The notes beneath the pieces are model-generated. The model saw nothing but the letters and a program-made list of their open reading frames with translations. It did no database searches and was not told where the DNA came from. Positions 21,301-33,800 of a DNA stretch of 64,000 bases are shown piece after piece. The first letter of the stretch is position 1. Each line of letters opens with the position of its first letter. The position numbers and the translations under genes are program-made. This DNA comes from Pristiophorus japonicus (taxonomy: Eukaryota): NCBI RefSeq assembly GCF_044704955.1, contig NC_091986.1, forward strand, positions 178,126,001 to 178,190,000. Direction: 5' to 3'.

Positions 21301-24300
21301 GCCGTGTGCCATTCTACAGGCACAGAATCTTACCCAAGGTGACACTTCGTAATGCACAAGTCCACACAGTGTTGGATTCATTCTAACCCGGGAGTGGGCG
21401 CAAGTTGGGTAGCATCCATTTTGGGTGCAAGCTGGAGCTGCCTGCTAATCCAAAGCAGAGTTTGGGGCTTTCAATTTTCCACAGGGTAGAAGTCCCAGAG
21501 TTATTGTGTAAACTGACAGTTTTTGTGTTGTTTCTCTGGGGGAGAAGATTCACTTTCAAATGGTTACCCGCCTGTCCCCAGATATTTCTGGGTTTTGATA
21601 ATTCAGGATCAACCAGCAGCAAAATACTTACACAAATGTCATTTTACTGACGCAGTTCGCCGGTGGGGTCCAGGAGTAAATGACGTTGCCGTTTTTGTCA
21701 TTGATGTTCGAATGAGTAATCGCACTATTCCCCCTGTTGAAACACTGCAGTGAGGTAATGCAAGAAGTTAATGCTTAGAAGTACAATGGGTCAGAATTTG
21801 CTAGAGTGAGACATCTCGCAGCATGCCTTCAACCTTCAGCTCAAAACATTTTTGACCTCTAGTTCCAGTCTCACCAGCCAGGGGAAACAGCCTCCCTGCA
21901 TCTGCCCTGTAAGAATTGTATGTTTCAATGAGGTCACCTCTCATTTTTCTAAACCCCACAGAATATATGCCCATTCTATTAAATCTTTGCTCATAAGACA
22001 GCCCTCTCATCCCAGGACTCAATCTGGTGAACCTTCACTGCACCCTCTTGAAGGCAATTATATCCTTCCTTAGGTAAAGAGACCAAAACCATACACAGTT
22101 CTTCTGGTGTGGTCTCACCAAAGTCTTATATTTTTTGGGTTTTTTTTTTGGGGCACTAAAACCAAATTTTTTTTCCCCAAGTGCCCCCTATAAAAAGGGG
22201 AGGGGGACACTAAAAACACCGGCAATTAAAACAAATTAAACTTTAAAACATAAAATCAAATTAAAATTTGGTTGCCGGGGGTGATGATGCACTCCAGTCC
22301 CTCCGGCGCCCACCTCTCGCGGAAGGCCGCGAGTGTACCGGTGGACACCACGTGCTCCATCTCCAAGGACACCCTGGACCGGATGTACGCGCGGAAGAGA
22401 GGCAGGCAGTCAGGCTGCAAAGTCTTATATAGTTGCAGCAAGACATCCTTATGTTTATACTTAAACCTCCTTTCAATAAAGGCTAACATATCATTTGGCT
22501 TCCTAATTGCTTGCTGTACTTGTATATTAGCTTTCTGATTTATGTACAAGGACCCGCAAATCCCCCTGAATAAATCCAAAAGTTTATCTCCTTAACCAAT
22601 GAGATTAAAGGATTGAGAAAGAAACAGGAAGGACGGAGAAGGAAATGGAGTGAATTAGAGTCAAATCAGGTATTGAAAGAGAAAGAGGGAAAAAAAGATT
22701 AGATTAGGAAAAAGAAAAAAGAAAAAATTACATTTTTTTTACATCTCTCAACAATTCACAACCTGAAGGAATAGGACTCCAAACTTTTAATTGGACCCTT
22801 TCTGGGTCAGAGAGGTTGATTGGCCATCATTAACAATAATCACGTTGTTAAAAGGGTACTTCCGCTGTTAATTACTAGACTTCACCATCTGCTGTGAGTA
22901 TAATGGGCAGTTAATGCTCAAAAACAGCAACCTCATGAAACTCGGGGGGGAGGGAGTGTCAAGAGTGAGTTTGAACTTCCCTCAAGAGCTCTGGCTTTGA
23001 ATTCTGTGTCAACATTCAGTGGGTGTTTCATCGTCCGACTGTCTCTCCCCCTCCCCGTGTGTGAGTTGTAGGAGTCCATAAACCCTTCCCTCCACATAGG
23101 ACTGACCATCCGCCCCAACCAAAAAAATCGGCTGGTATAAAGATGGTCACGGCCATGGAAGGAGCGTTGATGTTGCGGCCCGTCAGACTGTTAATCGGAC
23201 CGTGAATCCCTCCACTGCTTCACGCTCTACTCAGGGGGGAAATATGGAAGCACCAATATGCCAAAATCTACAGCAAAAGCAAAAAATTATTTTTGACCAA
23301 ATGATGAAAACAGTGGGACCATTATAAGATTAATTATAATTGCAGTATTAATACACAAATTATTCGTACCGCTAAGGTTTTCGTATCCGGTGATGATGTT
23401 GACCACGTGCCGATTGCAATAGCAGCACCGGGTTCCCGTGCTTGCAATAGGATGCCTTTGTATATTCCACCCGCTATTTTCACTGTAAAGGAAGGGGAGA
23501 TTTTCTTGGTACAAGTACATTTTTTTTTTACTAAAAGCACCCCATCAAATCTGTAAGCAATGAATTGTTTTGCTGGAAACTATTGACACGAGAAAACAGA
23601 ATTTAACAAGAAGTTGTTACACATGAAAAAGATTAATGGGCACCGAGGAATTGGACAGACCAAACACCGTAAGATCAACTTCCTGCATTCATATACTTGG
23701 GAGTACAGTTCTGGTCTTCATAATTACAAAATGGGTGTAGAGGTACTGGAAAAGGTGCAGAGAGACTTTACAAGCATGATTTTATTTTTAAACTCTTTTG
23801 AGTTTACCTGCGAAAACATAAAACATTAAACGGTGCCACCCGACCTGGGTGACACTCCAGACATTTACAAGGCCCTTTTTTTTTTCCCCCCTTTTTTTGT
23901 TTTTTTTGTGTTTTTCTTTTTTTGGTTTTTTTTTGGGCACTAAAATCACAATTTTCCCCAGTGCCCCCTATAAAAGGGAAGGGGGACACTAAAAGCACCG
24001 GCAATTAAAACAAATTAAACTTAAAAACGTAAAATCAAATTAAAATTTGGTTGCCGGGCGTGATGATGCACTCCAGTCCCTCCGGTGCCCACCTCTCGTG
24101 ATTTTATTTTTATTCATGGGAAGTGGGCATCACCTGCAAGGCCTGCATTTATTGCCCATCCCTAATTGCCCTTAACTGAGCGGCTTGCCATTTCAAAGGG
24201 CAGTTAAGAGGCAACCATATTGCAACATAGAGGACAGACTGGATTATGGGGAGCGGGCACGGAATTGGAGCTAAATCCATGATCAGATCAGCCATGATCT

Positions 24301-25945
24301 TATTAAATGGTGGAGCAGGATCGAGAGGCCAAATGGCCCACTCCTGCTCCTATTTCTTATATTCTTATGATGTCATCGCCTTGCATGGCAACCCCTTTGC
24401 GCCCCAAAGCAGAAGTTGCTTAGCGCCCCAAAGCAGAAGTTGCTTAGCGCCCCGTGAGGCTGCTGCGTGCCAGCATTTTTTTTTTCCTTCAGCCCCCGTC
24501 AAAGTCACACGGTCTGGACCGCGATCATAGCTCTGGTGACCCTGTGGAGGTCATCAAAGGGCCTGCAGAGGTCGCAGCAGCCCTCCCCTTTAACAGAAAG
24601 GGAGGGCTGTTGAAACAGATCATCGTTACTCGTTAGAGCACACCGTAAATCCCACAACATTGCATCCCCTATGGGTTTTTATATGGCAATCTGGTAGTTA
24701 TATAATCACCATTACTGATACTAACTTTTTATTCCAAATTAATTTATTAATTGAATTTAAAATTCCCCAGCTGCTGTGGTAACATTTAAACTCGTGTGTC
24801 TCGATCATTAGCCCAGGCTTCTGGATTATCAGTCTAATACCATAACCACGATGTTACCGTTCCCTATATACCAGAACGGAGAGGATGTATGTATCGGGAA
24901 AGACTGAACAGGCTGCGGCATCCTTCCTCTAGAAAAGAGAAGGCGGAGGGGTGACCCGACAGAGGTCTTTAAAAATTATGAAGGGTTTTTGATAGATGTA
25001 GAGAAGATGTTTCCAGTTGTGGGAAACACCAAAACTAGGGGGCAAAAATAAGATAGTCACTAATAAATCCAATAAGGAATTCAAGAGAAACCTCTTTATA
25101 CAGATTGGTTGGATGTGAAACTCCCTACTACTTGGAGAGGTTGAGGCAAATAGCATATATGCAGTTAAGGGAAAGCTCAATAAACACATGAGGGAGAAAA
25201 GAATAGGATATGCAGATAGGGCGAGATGACAAGGAGTGGGAGGGGGCTTGTGCGAAGTGTAAACACCGACATGGACCAGTTGGGCCAAATGGCCTGTTTC
25301 TGTGCTGTTTATTCTATGTAATATAGTATCTCTCGCATCAGAAAGGTATCTCGGGATGCATCATACGACGACGTTCATTTTTTTTTAAATGGACAGAAGG
25401 AAAGAGAAGGGTGGGTACATCAAATTGGGGGAGCAGCACTGCAAGAAGAGGTGAAGAAAATCATCAAGACTTGGGAAGGAAAGAAGGGAGAGGCAGGCTT
25501 GGGGATTTAGGAAGGAAGATCCAGAGCATGAGGTATGATGACTGAAAGAAGCCAATGGTGAAAGAGAGAATGGGGAACAAGGTCTAGGCCAATGTCTGAG
25601 GAGCAAAGGTCACCAAGGTATGGTGGGGTGGGGTGGGGCAAGGTCAGAGAAGCATTTACCCAGTCACCATTGTCCAGTGCCCATTACCCATTGTCCAGTG
25701 CTCATTACCCAGTGCCCATTGTCCAGTGCCCATTATCCAGTCCTACCTTGCAGCGCCGGGCTGCTGGTCTTGCTGAATTCGATGGTGTAGGGGGTCATGC
25801 TCTCCTGATGGGTAATGTTCTGGTGCTTGGGGTGCATGGTTGTGCAGGCACTGATCGGCGCCCCGGTGGGAAGGGGCGAGGCGGGCAAGCAGAGCGCCAG
25901 CAGCCCGAGCAGGGCGAGGCGGATCTGAGGTTGCGAGCTCTCCAT
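18312..25945 (-). CDS. Reeler-domain protein gene, copy B: complete, 5 exons, 188 aa, signal peptide + Reeler + GPI-type tail (defense-protein Hdd11/REELD1-like family)
   Basis: Exons 25945-25747, 23482-23370, 21744-21632, 20085-20027, 18394-18312; all GT-AG; 567 nt ending TGA. Protein: MESSQPQIRLALLGLLALCLPASPLPTGAPISACTTMHPKHQNITHQESMTPYTIEFSKTSSPALQVKIAGGIYKGILLQAREPGAAIAIGTWSTSSPDTKTLACFNRGNSAITHSNINDKNGNVIYSWTPPANCVSKMTFVATIAESKAVYWVKILSEEISITCDAVKCMSGFAVLAAFMVWSLTVF. Confidence 0.88.
18495..18925 (-). mobile_element. Deu-domain SINE in intron 4
   Basis: Reverse complement of the 4350-4958 SINE (gtgccatgggatcttt, gtgggacttgaaccc). Paralogous copy at about 49975-50405. Confidence 0.75.
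19294..19453. mobile_element. Penelope-like inverted terminal-repeat hairpin with hammerhead-ribozyme core, intron 4
   Basis: Inverted arms of about 68 nt. The minus strand reads GTT-CTGATGA-AAGGTC-ATC-GATCT-GAAA-CGTA-AAC at about 19354-19388. Confidence 0.6.
20027..20085 (-). CDS. Copy B exon 4 (ATIAESKAVYWVKILSEEI)
   Basis: ttctattacag acceptor, GTGAGT donor; Reeler C-terminal AT.....YW motif. Confidence 0.85.
20880..21230 (-). mobile_element. Degenerate CR1 3' fragment in intron 3
   Basis: ORF 20941-21180 contains FFTQRVV..ANSIDTFNGKLD. Paralogous copy at about 52350-52690. Confidence 0.65.
21632..21744 (-). CDS. Copy B exon 3
   Basis: 113 nt; ctgcag / GTAAGT. Confidence 0.87.
22132..22417 (-). 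mobile_element. 5'-truncated L1/Tx1-like LINE 3' end, specific to copy B
   Basis: A-rich tail; 13-bp TSD CAAAGTCTTATAT (22119-22131, 22418-22430); ORF2 C-terminal remnant ..AFRERWAPEGLECII.. Confidence 0.75.
23370..23482 (-). CDS. Copy B exon 2
   Basis: 113 nt; ttacag / GTACGA. Confidence 0.87.
23791..24098 (-). mobile_element. Second L1/Tx1-like 3' fragment, specific to copy B
   Basis: Same family as 22132-22417; 14-bp TSD TGATTTTATTTTTA (23777-23790, 24099-24112). Confidence 0.75.
25656..25740. repeat. Short allele of the intron 1 minisatellite
   Basis: CCAGTG/CCCATT units, about 85 bp. Confidence 0.8.
25747..25945 (-). CDS. Copy B exon 1
   Basis: 199 nt; ATG; donor GTAGGA. Confidence 0.87.
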
Positions 25946-25951
25946 GTCCCG

Positions 25952-26045
25952 GCGCTGAGTGCCGCGCTCCCCGGGCTCCGCCCCTCTTATAGCGGCTCAG
26001 TCCCGCTCCGCCCCCGCCGCTCCTCCCAAACCACACGTGCGGCTT
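25952..26045 (-). promoter_or_regulatory. Core promoter of copy B
   Basis: TATAAG 25986-25991, GC boxes, CACGTG 26034-26039. Confidence 0.65.
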
Positions 26046-26124
26046 TAGCTCTTTGAGATGCAGCTTGCTCTGACCGAGCAGCTCCTCAGAACATCTTAAG
26101 GTGCTTCGCCTCTCATTACTGACC

Positions 26125-26897
26125 ACTTGAAAACTCGCCTCGGCGTCAGAGGTTGTCGGTTCAAGTCCCGCTCCAGGGACCTGAGCACAAAAATCTCGCT
26201 GACACTCCAGTGTAGTGCTGAGGGAGCGCTGCATTGTCAGAGGGACAATACTGAGGGAGTGCTGCACTGTCGGAGGGGCAGTTCTGAGGGAGTGCCGCAC
26301 TGTCGGAGGGACAGTACTGAGGGAGTGCCGCACTGTCGGAGGGACAGTACTGAGGGAGTGCCGCACGGTCTGAGGGGCAGTACTGAGGGGGTGCCGTACA
26401 GTCGGAGGGACAATACTGAGGGAGTGCCGCACTGTTGCAGGGATAGTACTGAGGGAACGCTGCACTGTCGGAGGGACAGTACTGAGAGAGTGCTGTACTG
26501 TCGGAGGGTCAGTTCTGAGGGAGCGCTGCACTGAAGGAGTGGGAGTACTGAGGGAGCTCTGCACTGTCAGAGGGACAGTATTGAGGGAGCCTCGCACTGT
26601 CGGAGAGACAATACTGAGGGAGCCTTGCACTGTCAGAGGTGCAGTACTGAGGGAGTGCCGCATTATCGGAGGTGCCGTTTTCGGATGAGACGTTAAACCG
26701 AGGCCCCATCTACTCCTTCAGGTGGGCGTAAAAGATCCCAAGGCACTATTTGGAAGCAGAGTAGGGAAGTTCTTACTGGTGTCCTGGCCAATCTTTATCC
26801 CTCAATCAACATCACTAAAAAAACAGACTATCTAGTCATTCTCACGTTGCTGTTTGTGGGAGCTTGCTGTGCACAAATTGACTGGCGTTTCCCACAT
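26125..26897 (+). mobile_element. Deu-domain SINE with ~14 x 32-bp internal repeats
   Basis: Paralog of 4350-4958 with a longer array (about 26213-26672). Confidence 0.75.
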
Positions 26898-28132
26898 TAC
26901 ATAAGAACATAAGAAATAGGAGCAGGAGTAGGCCATTTGACTCCTCGAGCCTGCTCCGCCATTTAATAAGATCGTGGTTGATCTGATCATGGACTCAGCT
27001 CCACTTCCCTGCCCGCTCCCATAAACCTTTATTCCTCTATCACTCAAAAATCTGTCTATCTCCACCTTAAATATATTCAATGACCCAGCCGAAAATTCCA
27101 CAGATTTACAACCCTCTGAGAGAAGAAATTCATCCTCATCTCAGTTTTAAATGGGCGGCCCCTTATTCTGAGACTATGCCCCCTAGTTTTAGTTTCCCCG
27201 ATGAGTGGAAATATTCTCTCTGCATCCCGAGCCCCCTCATTATCCCTACCGCAGAGAGTTGTTGATGCCAGTTCATTGGATATGTTCAAGAGGGAGTTAG
27301 ATATGGCCCTTACGGCTAAAGGGATCAAAGTGTATGGAGAGAAAGCAAAAAAAGGGTACTGAGGTCAATGATCAGCCATGATCTTATTGAATTTTGGTGC
27401 AGGATCGAAGGGCCGAATGGCCTACTCCTGCACCTATTTTCTATGTTTCTATTGGCCCGGACTTTGCATTGAGAATAACAGTGAGGCTAACAGCGCTCAT
27501 GGTTATGGAGTAAATCAGACAGCAAATTCTGGAGTACGCACATGGACACACGAAAATCAGGATGTTGCGGTCTGTGTTACCCTCCTCCTCCGCAGCCTGC
27601 GCTATAGCGGTACCTTGCCAATCAACTCAACAATGAAATCAATGTAAGGGCATGAAGTTGCTGTTCTTCTTCGGCATTCCATGAGGTCCTGACGTTCCAG
27701 GTCCCAAACTTCATTTTAACGGTTGGAAGATGCCTGTACGTAAATTCTTTTAACGTGGGATGGCGGATGCGCACCAGCTACCACATGGGCTTGACAGAGC
27801 AAGGTCTTGGGCCAATGGCAAGGGGATCCAATTCGATTGGAGACCAGGCTCTGCTGCATGGTTTTGGCACACAAACACACACACATATTCCTACTGTCCC
27901 CCTCCCTCCTTCCCACAGGTGCTCTCTCCCTTGGTTTCAGATAATGCAGTGTAGGCCTCCTGACCTCGCTACACCTTCCCTGGGCCCCGACCCCGCTGCT
28001 GGTCCATGCTGCGCAACTCCTAGGCATCGACCTCGCTGCTGGGTCCCGACCTCACTCCTGGGCCCTGACCTTGCTGCTGGGCTTGTCCTCTCTCCTGGGC
28101 CCTGACCTCACTGCTGGGTCTTGACCTCGCTT

Positions 28133-28545
28133 TATACACTGGAGTTTAGAAGGATGAGAGAGGATTCTCATAGAAACATATAAGATTCTGACGGGACGGG
28201 ACAGGTTAGATGCGGGTAGAATGTTCCCAATGTTGAGTAAGTCCAGAACCAGGGGACACAGTCTGAGGATAAGGGGTAGGCCATTTAGGACTGAGATGAG
28301 GAGAAACTTCTTCACTTAGAGAGTTGTTAACCTGTGGAATTCCCTGCCGCAGAGAGTTGTTGATGCCAGTTCATTGGATATATTCAAGAGGGAGTTAGAT
28401 ATGGCCCTTACGGCTAAAGGGATCAAGGAGTATGAAGAGAAAGCAGGAAAGGGGTACTGAGGGAATGATCAGCCCTGATCTTATTGAATGGTGATGCAGA
28501 CTCGAAGGGCCGAATGGCCTACTCCTGTACCTATTTTCTATGTTT
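28133..28545 (+). mobile_element. CR1 3' fragment shared by units B and C, absent from A
   Basis: CR1 ORF2 end plus ttctatgtt tail. Paralogous copy at 59255-59665; empty site at about 6747. Confidence 0.8.
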
Positions 28546-29004
28546 CACCTCTCTTGGGCCCGCACCTCCAGATCTCGCTGCTGGGCTCAACCTCACTCCT
28601 CCGGACCTCGCGCGACCTCGCTGCTCAACCAGACCATTGCTCCACCCGATCATGAAGTTGCTGTATTTACTCACTGGACACTGACTAAATATGGCAGAAT
28701 AGTTAGGGCTGGTGCATTCAGGTGTAAGTGAAGCTTAACGGTGTGATAAGTCTGAATTATTGCCAACCAACCTCTCTGGCACTGAACATTTAATTTTACA
28801 AGTGTGGAATCTCATTCCTTCAGAATTTAATTAATGTTGGAGATTTTAAAAATATAAAAATAATTTTTTAAACTTTTCCTGTTGGTCTCTTTTATCTATC
28901 TCTCTGTTAATCCCTTCTTTTTCAATCTTTATTTCACTTACTGTACATGACTTAAATCTAATTTATACTTCCGGGTTTATACTTCTTGGTTTACTTTATT
29001 TATT

Positions 29005-30648
29005 ATAGAATCATAGAATCATAGAAGTTTACAGTACGGATGGAGGCCATTTTGACCCATCGTATCCACGCCTAATCCCACTTTCCAGCTCTTGGTCCGT
29101 AGCCCTGTAGTTTACGGCACTTTAAGTGCACATCCAAGTATTTATTAAATGTGGTGAAGCTTTTTACCTCTACCACCCTTTCAGGCAGTGAGTTCCAGAC
29201 CCGCACCACCCTCTGGGTGGCGAAATTTCCCCTCATATCTCCTCTATACCTCCCCCCAATTACTTTAAATCTAATGCCCTCTGGTTGTTGACCCCCTCTG
29301 CCAAGGGAAACTGGTCCTTCCTATCCACTCTATCCAGGCCCCTCATAATTGTATACACATCAATCAGGTCTCCTCTCAGCCTCCTCTGTTCCAATGAAAA
29401 CAGACCCAGCATCTACAATCTTTCCTCAGAGCCAAAATTCTCCAGCCCAGGCGACATTCTTGTAAATCTCCTCTGCACCCTTTCCAGTGCAATCACATCT
29501 TTCCTGTCATGTGGTGACCAGAACTACACATAGTACTCCAGCTGCGGCCTAACCAGTGTTTTATACAGTTCAGGCATAACATCCTTGCTCATGTATTCCA
29601 TGCCTCGACTAATGAAGGCAAGTATTCCATATGTCTTCTTAACCACCTTATCTACCTGGTCTGCTATCTTCAGGGATCTGTGGACCTGCACTCCAAGGTC
29701 CCTTTGTTCCTCTACACTTTTCAGTGTCGTACTATTTAATGTGTATTTCCTTGCCTTGTTAGACCTCCCCAAATGCATTACCTCACACTTATCCAGATTG
29801 AATTCCATTTGCCACTGTTCTGCCCACCTGACCAGTACATTGATATCTTCCTGCAGTCTGCAGCGTTCTTCTTCATTATCAACCACACAGCCTATTTTAG
29901 TGTCCTCTGCAAACTTCTTAATCATACCCTCAACATTCAAGTCTAAGTCATTGACATATATACCACAGAAAGCAAGGGACCCAGAACTGAGCCCTGTGGA
30001 ACCCCACTGGATACAGCCTTCATGTCACAAAAACACCCATCAACCATTACGCTTTGCTTCTTGCCTCTGAGGCAATTTTGGATCCAACTTGCTACTTTGC
30101 CCTGGATCCCATGGGCTTTTACTTTCGTGACCAATCTGCCATGTGGGACCTTATCAAAAGCTTTGCTAAAATCCATATACACTACATCATATGCACTGCC
30201 CTCATTGACCCTCCTGGTTAGCTCCTCGAAAAATTCTATTAAGTTAGTCAGAGACGACTTTCCCTTAACAAATCCATGCTGACTGTCCTTGATTAATCCA
30301 TGTCTTTCCAAATGAAGATTCATCCTGTCCATCAGGATTTTTTCCAATAAATTTCCCACTACTGAGGTTAGGCTGACTGGCCTGTAATTACTCCGTCTAT
30401 CCCTTTCTGCATTTTTAAACAAAGGTGCAACATTAGCAGTCCTCTGGTCCTCTGGCACCACACCTGTTGCCAGAGAGGATTGGAAAATGATGGTCAGACC
30501 CTCTGTTATTTCCACTTTTGCTTCTCTTAACAGCCTGGGATACATTTCATCCGGGCCTGGTGATTTATCCACTTTCAAAGCTGCCATGCCCCTTAATACT
30601 TCCTCTCTTACGATGTTTATCTCGTCTAATATTTCACACTCCTCCTCT
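29005..30648 (-). mobile_element. CR1 LINE RT-3' portion
   Basis: ORFs 29524-29940 and 29943-30587 ([22 protein letters not shown]). Confidence 0.88.
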
Positions 30649-30817
30649 TCAGTTCAGGAGTCCGAGAGTTCGGGAGTTCAGGAGTCTGAGAGTTGGGGAG
30701 TCCGAAAGTTCGGGAGTTCAGGAGTCTGAGAGTTCTGCAGTCCGAGAGAGTGAGTTCTGGAGTCCGAGGAGCAGGAGGCCCGGAGGTCGGCAAGGAGTTC
30801 ACTTCTGGCAAGGAGCC

Positions 30818-33800
30818 TGTCATGTATGTAACCTTTATGTAACAACACTGCAATATTGTATATACGTAAGAAATGCACACCTTGAACACAGGGGGTGAAC
30901 TTGTGGGAGACACTCCTCACCTGGTCACCCAGGTATATAAAGGGAGGTCCCACGCAGGGTCATCACTTCTTGGTCCTGTGAATAAAGGTTCAGATCATGG
31001 AGTGACCTTGTCCATAGAATGTGCCTTGTGTGGATTTGTGGTATTGTGTAAGGACTTTACATTGGCGACGAGAAACGGGAATCAACGACCCACGAGAATG
31101 GCCACCGGCGGCACAGATGAACGGTGCTGTGTTGGTGAGGACTGGGAAGATTTCATTGAGAGGCTTCAGCAGAGTTTTGTCATGAAGGACTGGCTGGGAG
31201 ACGCAGCGGCCGACAAGCGAAGGGCTCATTTGTTAACCAGCTGTGGATCTAAGACTTACGCGCTCATGAAAGATCTGCTAGCACCTAAGAAGCCGGCCGA
31301 CAAAACCTTTGAAGAGCTCAGCAAACTAATCGGTGAGCACATCAAACCAGCGAGCAGCGTACAAATGGCCCGACACAGATTTTATACCCACCGACGTCGG
31401 GAAGGACAGAGCATACCGGATTTCGTTGCGGACCTCCGGCACTTGGCCAGCCTCTGTAAGTTCACAGACGTCTGCAGGGGGGAGATGCTAAAGGATTTCG
31501 TTATTGAGGGCATTGGTCATGCTGGGATTTTCAGAAAGCTAATTGAGACCAAGGACTTGACCTTGGAAGCGGCGGCGTTGATGGCTCAGACTTTTATGGC
31601 GGGGAAGGAGGAAACCAAGATAATATACGCGCGCAATTCTGCCTCCAACGTGGTGATGGATCAGGGAGTCAATATCATAAATGCGACACAGAGCCCCGCA
31701 GGCAGGCAAGGGCAGTTCGACACACCCCAGGCAGCAATAGACCCAAGAGTAAGTCTCCAACAGAGACAATTGCAAGCTGAATGGACATTTACGCCCCCCT
31801 CAGTGGACAATGCGGCCTGGGATGGGGCTATTGACACCCACTAACAGGGTGCTCAAGAGCAGTCAAAGGGACAATCAGCGAGGAATGCCTGGTAACAGCT
31901 CTTTTGTTCACAACAATGGGAATCTCAGTTCATGCTGGAGGTGTGGGGGCAGACATGCTGCCAGGACTTGCAGGTTTCAACAGTTCGTTTGCAGAAATTG
32001 TAACCTCACTGGCCATTTAGCCAGAATGTGCAGGAAGCCTGCGACCAGGCTAATTTACGAGGCAGATGGACCAGAAGAGGGGTCTGCGAGGCAGGGTGAC
32101 GCGTGGGGCAAAATCAATGGACGCTGAAGTTCAGCGGGTTCATGTGGCAAACATTCACAGCTCCATATACCAAAACGCCACCTATGATGATGAAAGTCCT
32201 ATTAAACGGCATCCTTGTACGCATGGAGCTGGACACGGGGGCCAGCCAGTCACTCATGAGTGTTCAACAATTCAAAAACCTGTGGCCACTCAAAGCCAGC
32301 AGACCCAAACTAGAACGCATTGAGATGCAATTACAGACGTATACCAAAGAAATAATTCCAGTGCTAGGCAGTGCAATGTTGGCGGTCACACACAATGGAT
32401 CGGTGAACCGGCTGCTACTCTGCATTGTCCCGGGCAATGGTCCCGCACTGTTGGGGAGGAGCTGGTCAGCTGAGATGAACTGGAAATGGGGGCATGTGCA
32501 AGCCATGTCATCTGTGGAGCGAAGTTCATGCTCACAGGTCCTACAGCAATTTGAGTCACTATTTCAACCTGGCGTCGGGACGTTCAAAGGTACCAAAGTA
32601 GTGATACGCATCACCCCGGACGCCAGACCAGTGCACCACAAAGCCAGAGCTGTCCCGTATGTGATGCGGGAGAAAATTGAGAGCGAGTTGGACCGGTTGC
32701 TGAGAGAGGGCATCATCTCGCCTATTGAATTCAGCGACTGGGTGAGCCCCATCATTCCCGTCCTAAAAGCGGATGGCTCGGTCAAGATCTGTGGCGACTA
32801 CAAGGCTATTATCAACCGGGTGTCTCTACAAGACCAATACCTGCTCCCGAGAGCGGAGGACCTTTTTGCCACGCTGGCAGGTGGCAAGCTGTTCACCAAG
32901 TTGGACCTCACTTCAGCCTACATGACCCAAGAACTGGCCAATGAATCTAAACTACTGACCACCATCACCACGCACAAGGGACTGTTTGTTTACAACAGGT
33001 GTCCGTTTGGCAGCGGCCGCGATTTTTCAAAGAAACATGGAAAACCTGCTCAAATCCATTCCCGGAACAATCGTATTTCAGGACGACATCCTCATCACCG
33101 GTCGTGACACCGAGGAACACCGCCACAACCTGGAGGAGGTGCTACACCGACTGGACCGGGTAGGCCTGCGACTTAAGAAGTCTAAGTGTGTGTTTGGCTC
33201 GCGAGGTCAAGTTTCTGGGCAGGAGGGTTGCTGCAGATGGGATTCGGCCTACCGAATCCAAAACGGAGACGATTCGACGAGCGCCCAGGCCCTGCAACAC
33301 ATCGGAGCTGCGTTCATTTCTGGGACTCTTGAACTATTTCGGGAACTTTCTGCCGAACTTAAGCACATTGTTGGAGCTGCTACACATGCTCCTGTGTAAG
33401 GGTTGCAATTGGTTTTGGGGTGACTGTCAGGAACGGGCTTTCAATCGGGCGCGGAACCTACTTTGTTCAAATAAGTTGTTGACCCCGTACGACCCCCGTA
33501 AGAAATTGGTTCTGGCATGTGATGCATCGTCCTATGGGGTTGGGTGCGTGCTGCAGCAGAGTAACGCTGAGGGCCAACTACAACCTGTGGCTTATGCCTC
33601 CAGGTCGCTCTCTCAAGCTGAACGGGGATATGGGATGGTTGAGAAGGAAGCGCTTGCATGTGTCTATGGGGTGAAAAAGATGAATCAGTACCTTTTTGGC
33701 AGGAGGTTTGAATTAGAAACGGACCACAAGCCGTTAACCAGCAAGGCTGTCAATGCCAATGCGTCAGCTCGCATACAGCGATGGGCCTCATGCTCGCTGC

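Noticed and set aside
18312-25945. Calling the gene FRRS1, RELN, SPON1 or REELD1
   Set aside because: It stops after one Reeler domain with no DOMON, cytochrome b561, spondin or reelin repeats; orthology cannot be set without a search, so no symbol is given.
26213-26672. Regular 32-bp repeats resembling a CRISPR array, and the 306-aa ORF 25743-26663
   Set aside because: No unique spacers and no cas genes, in a eukaryotic context; this is a tandem expansion inside a SINE and the ORF is its by-product.
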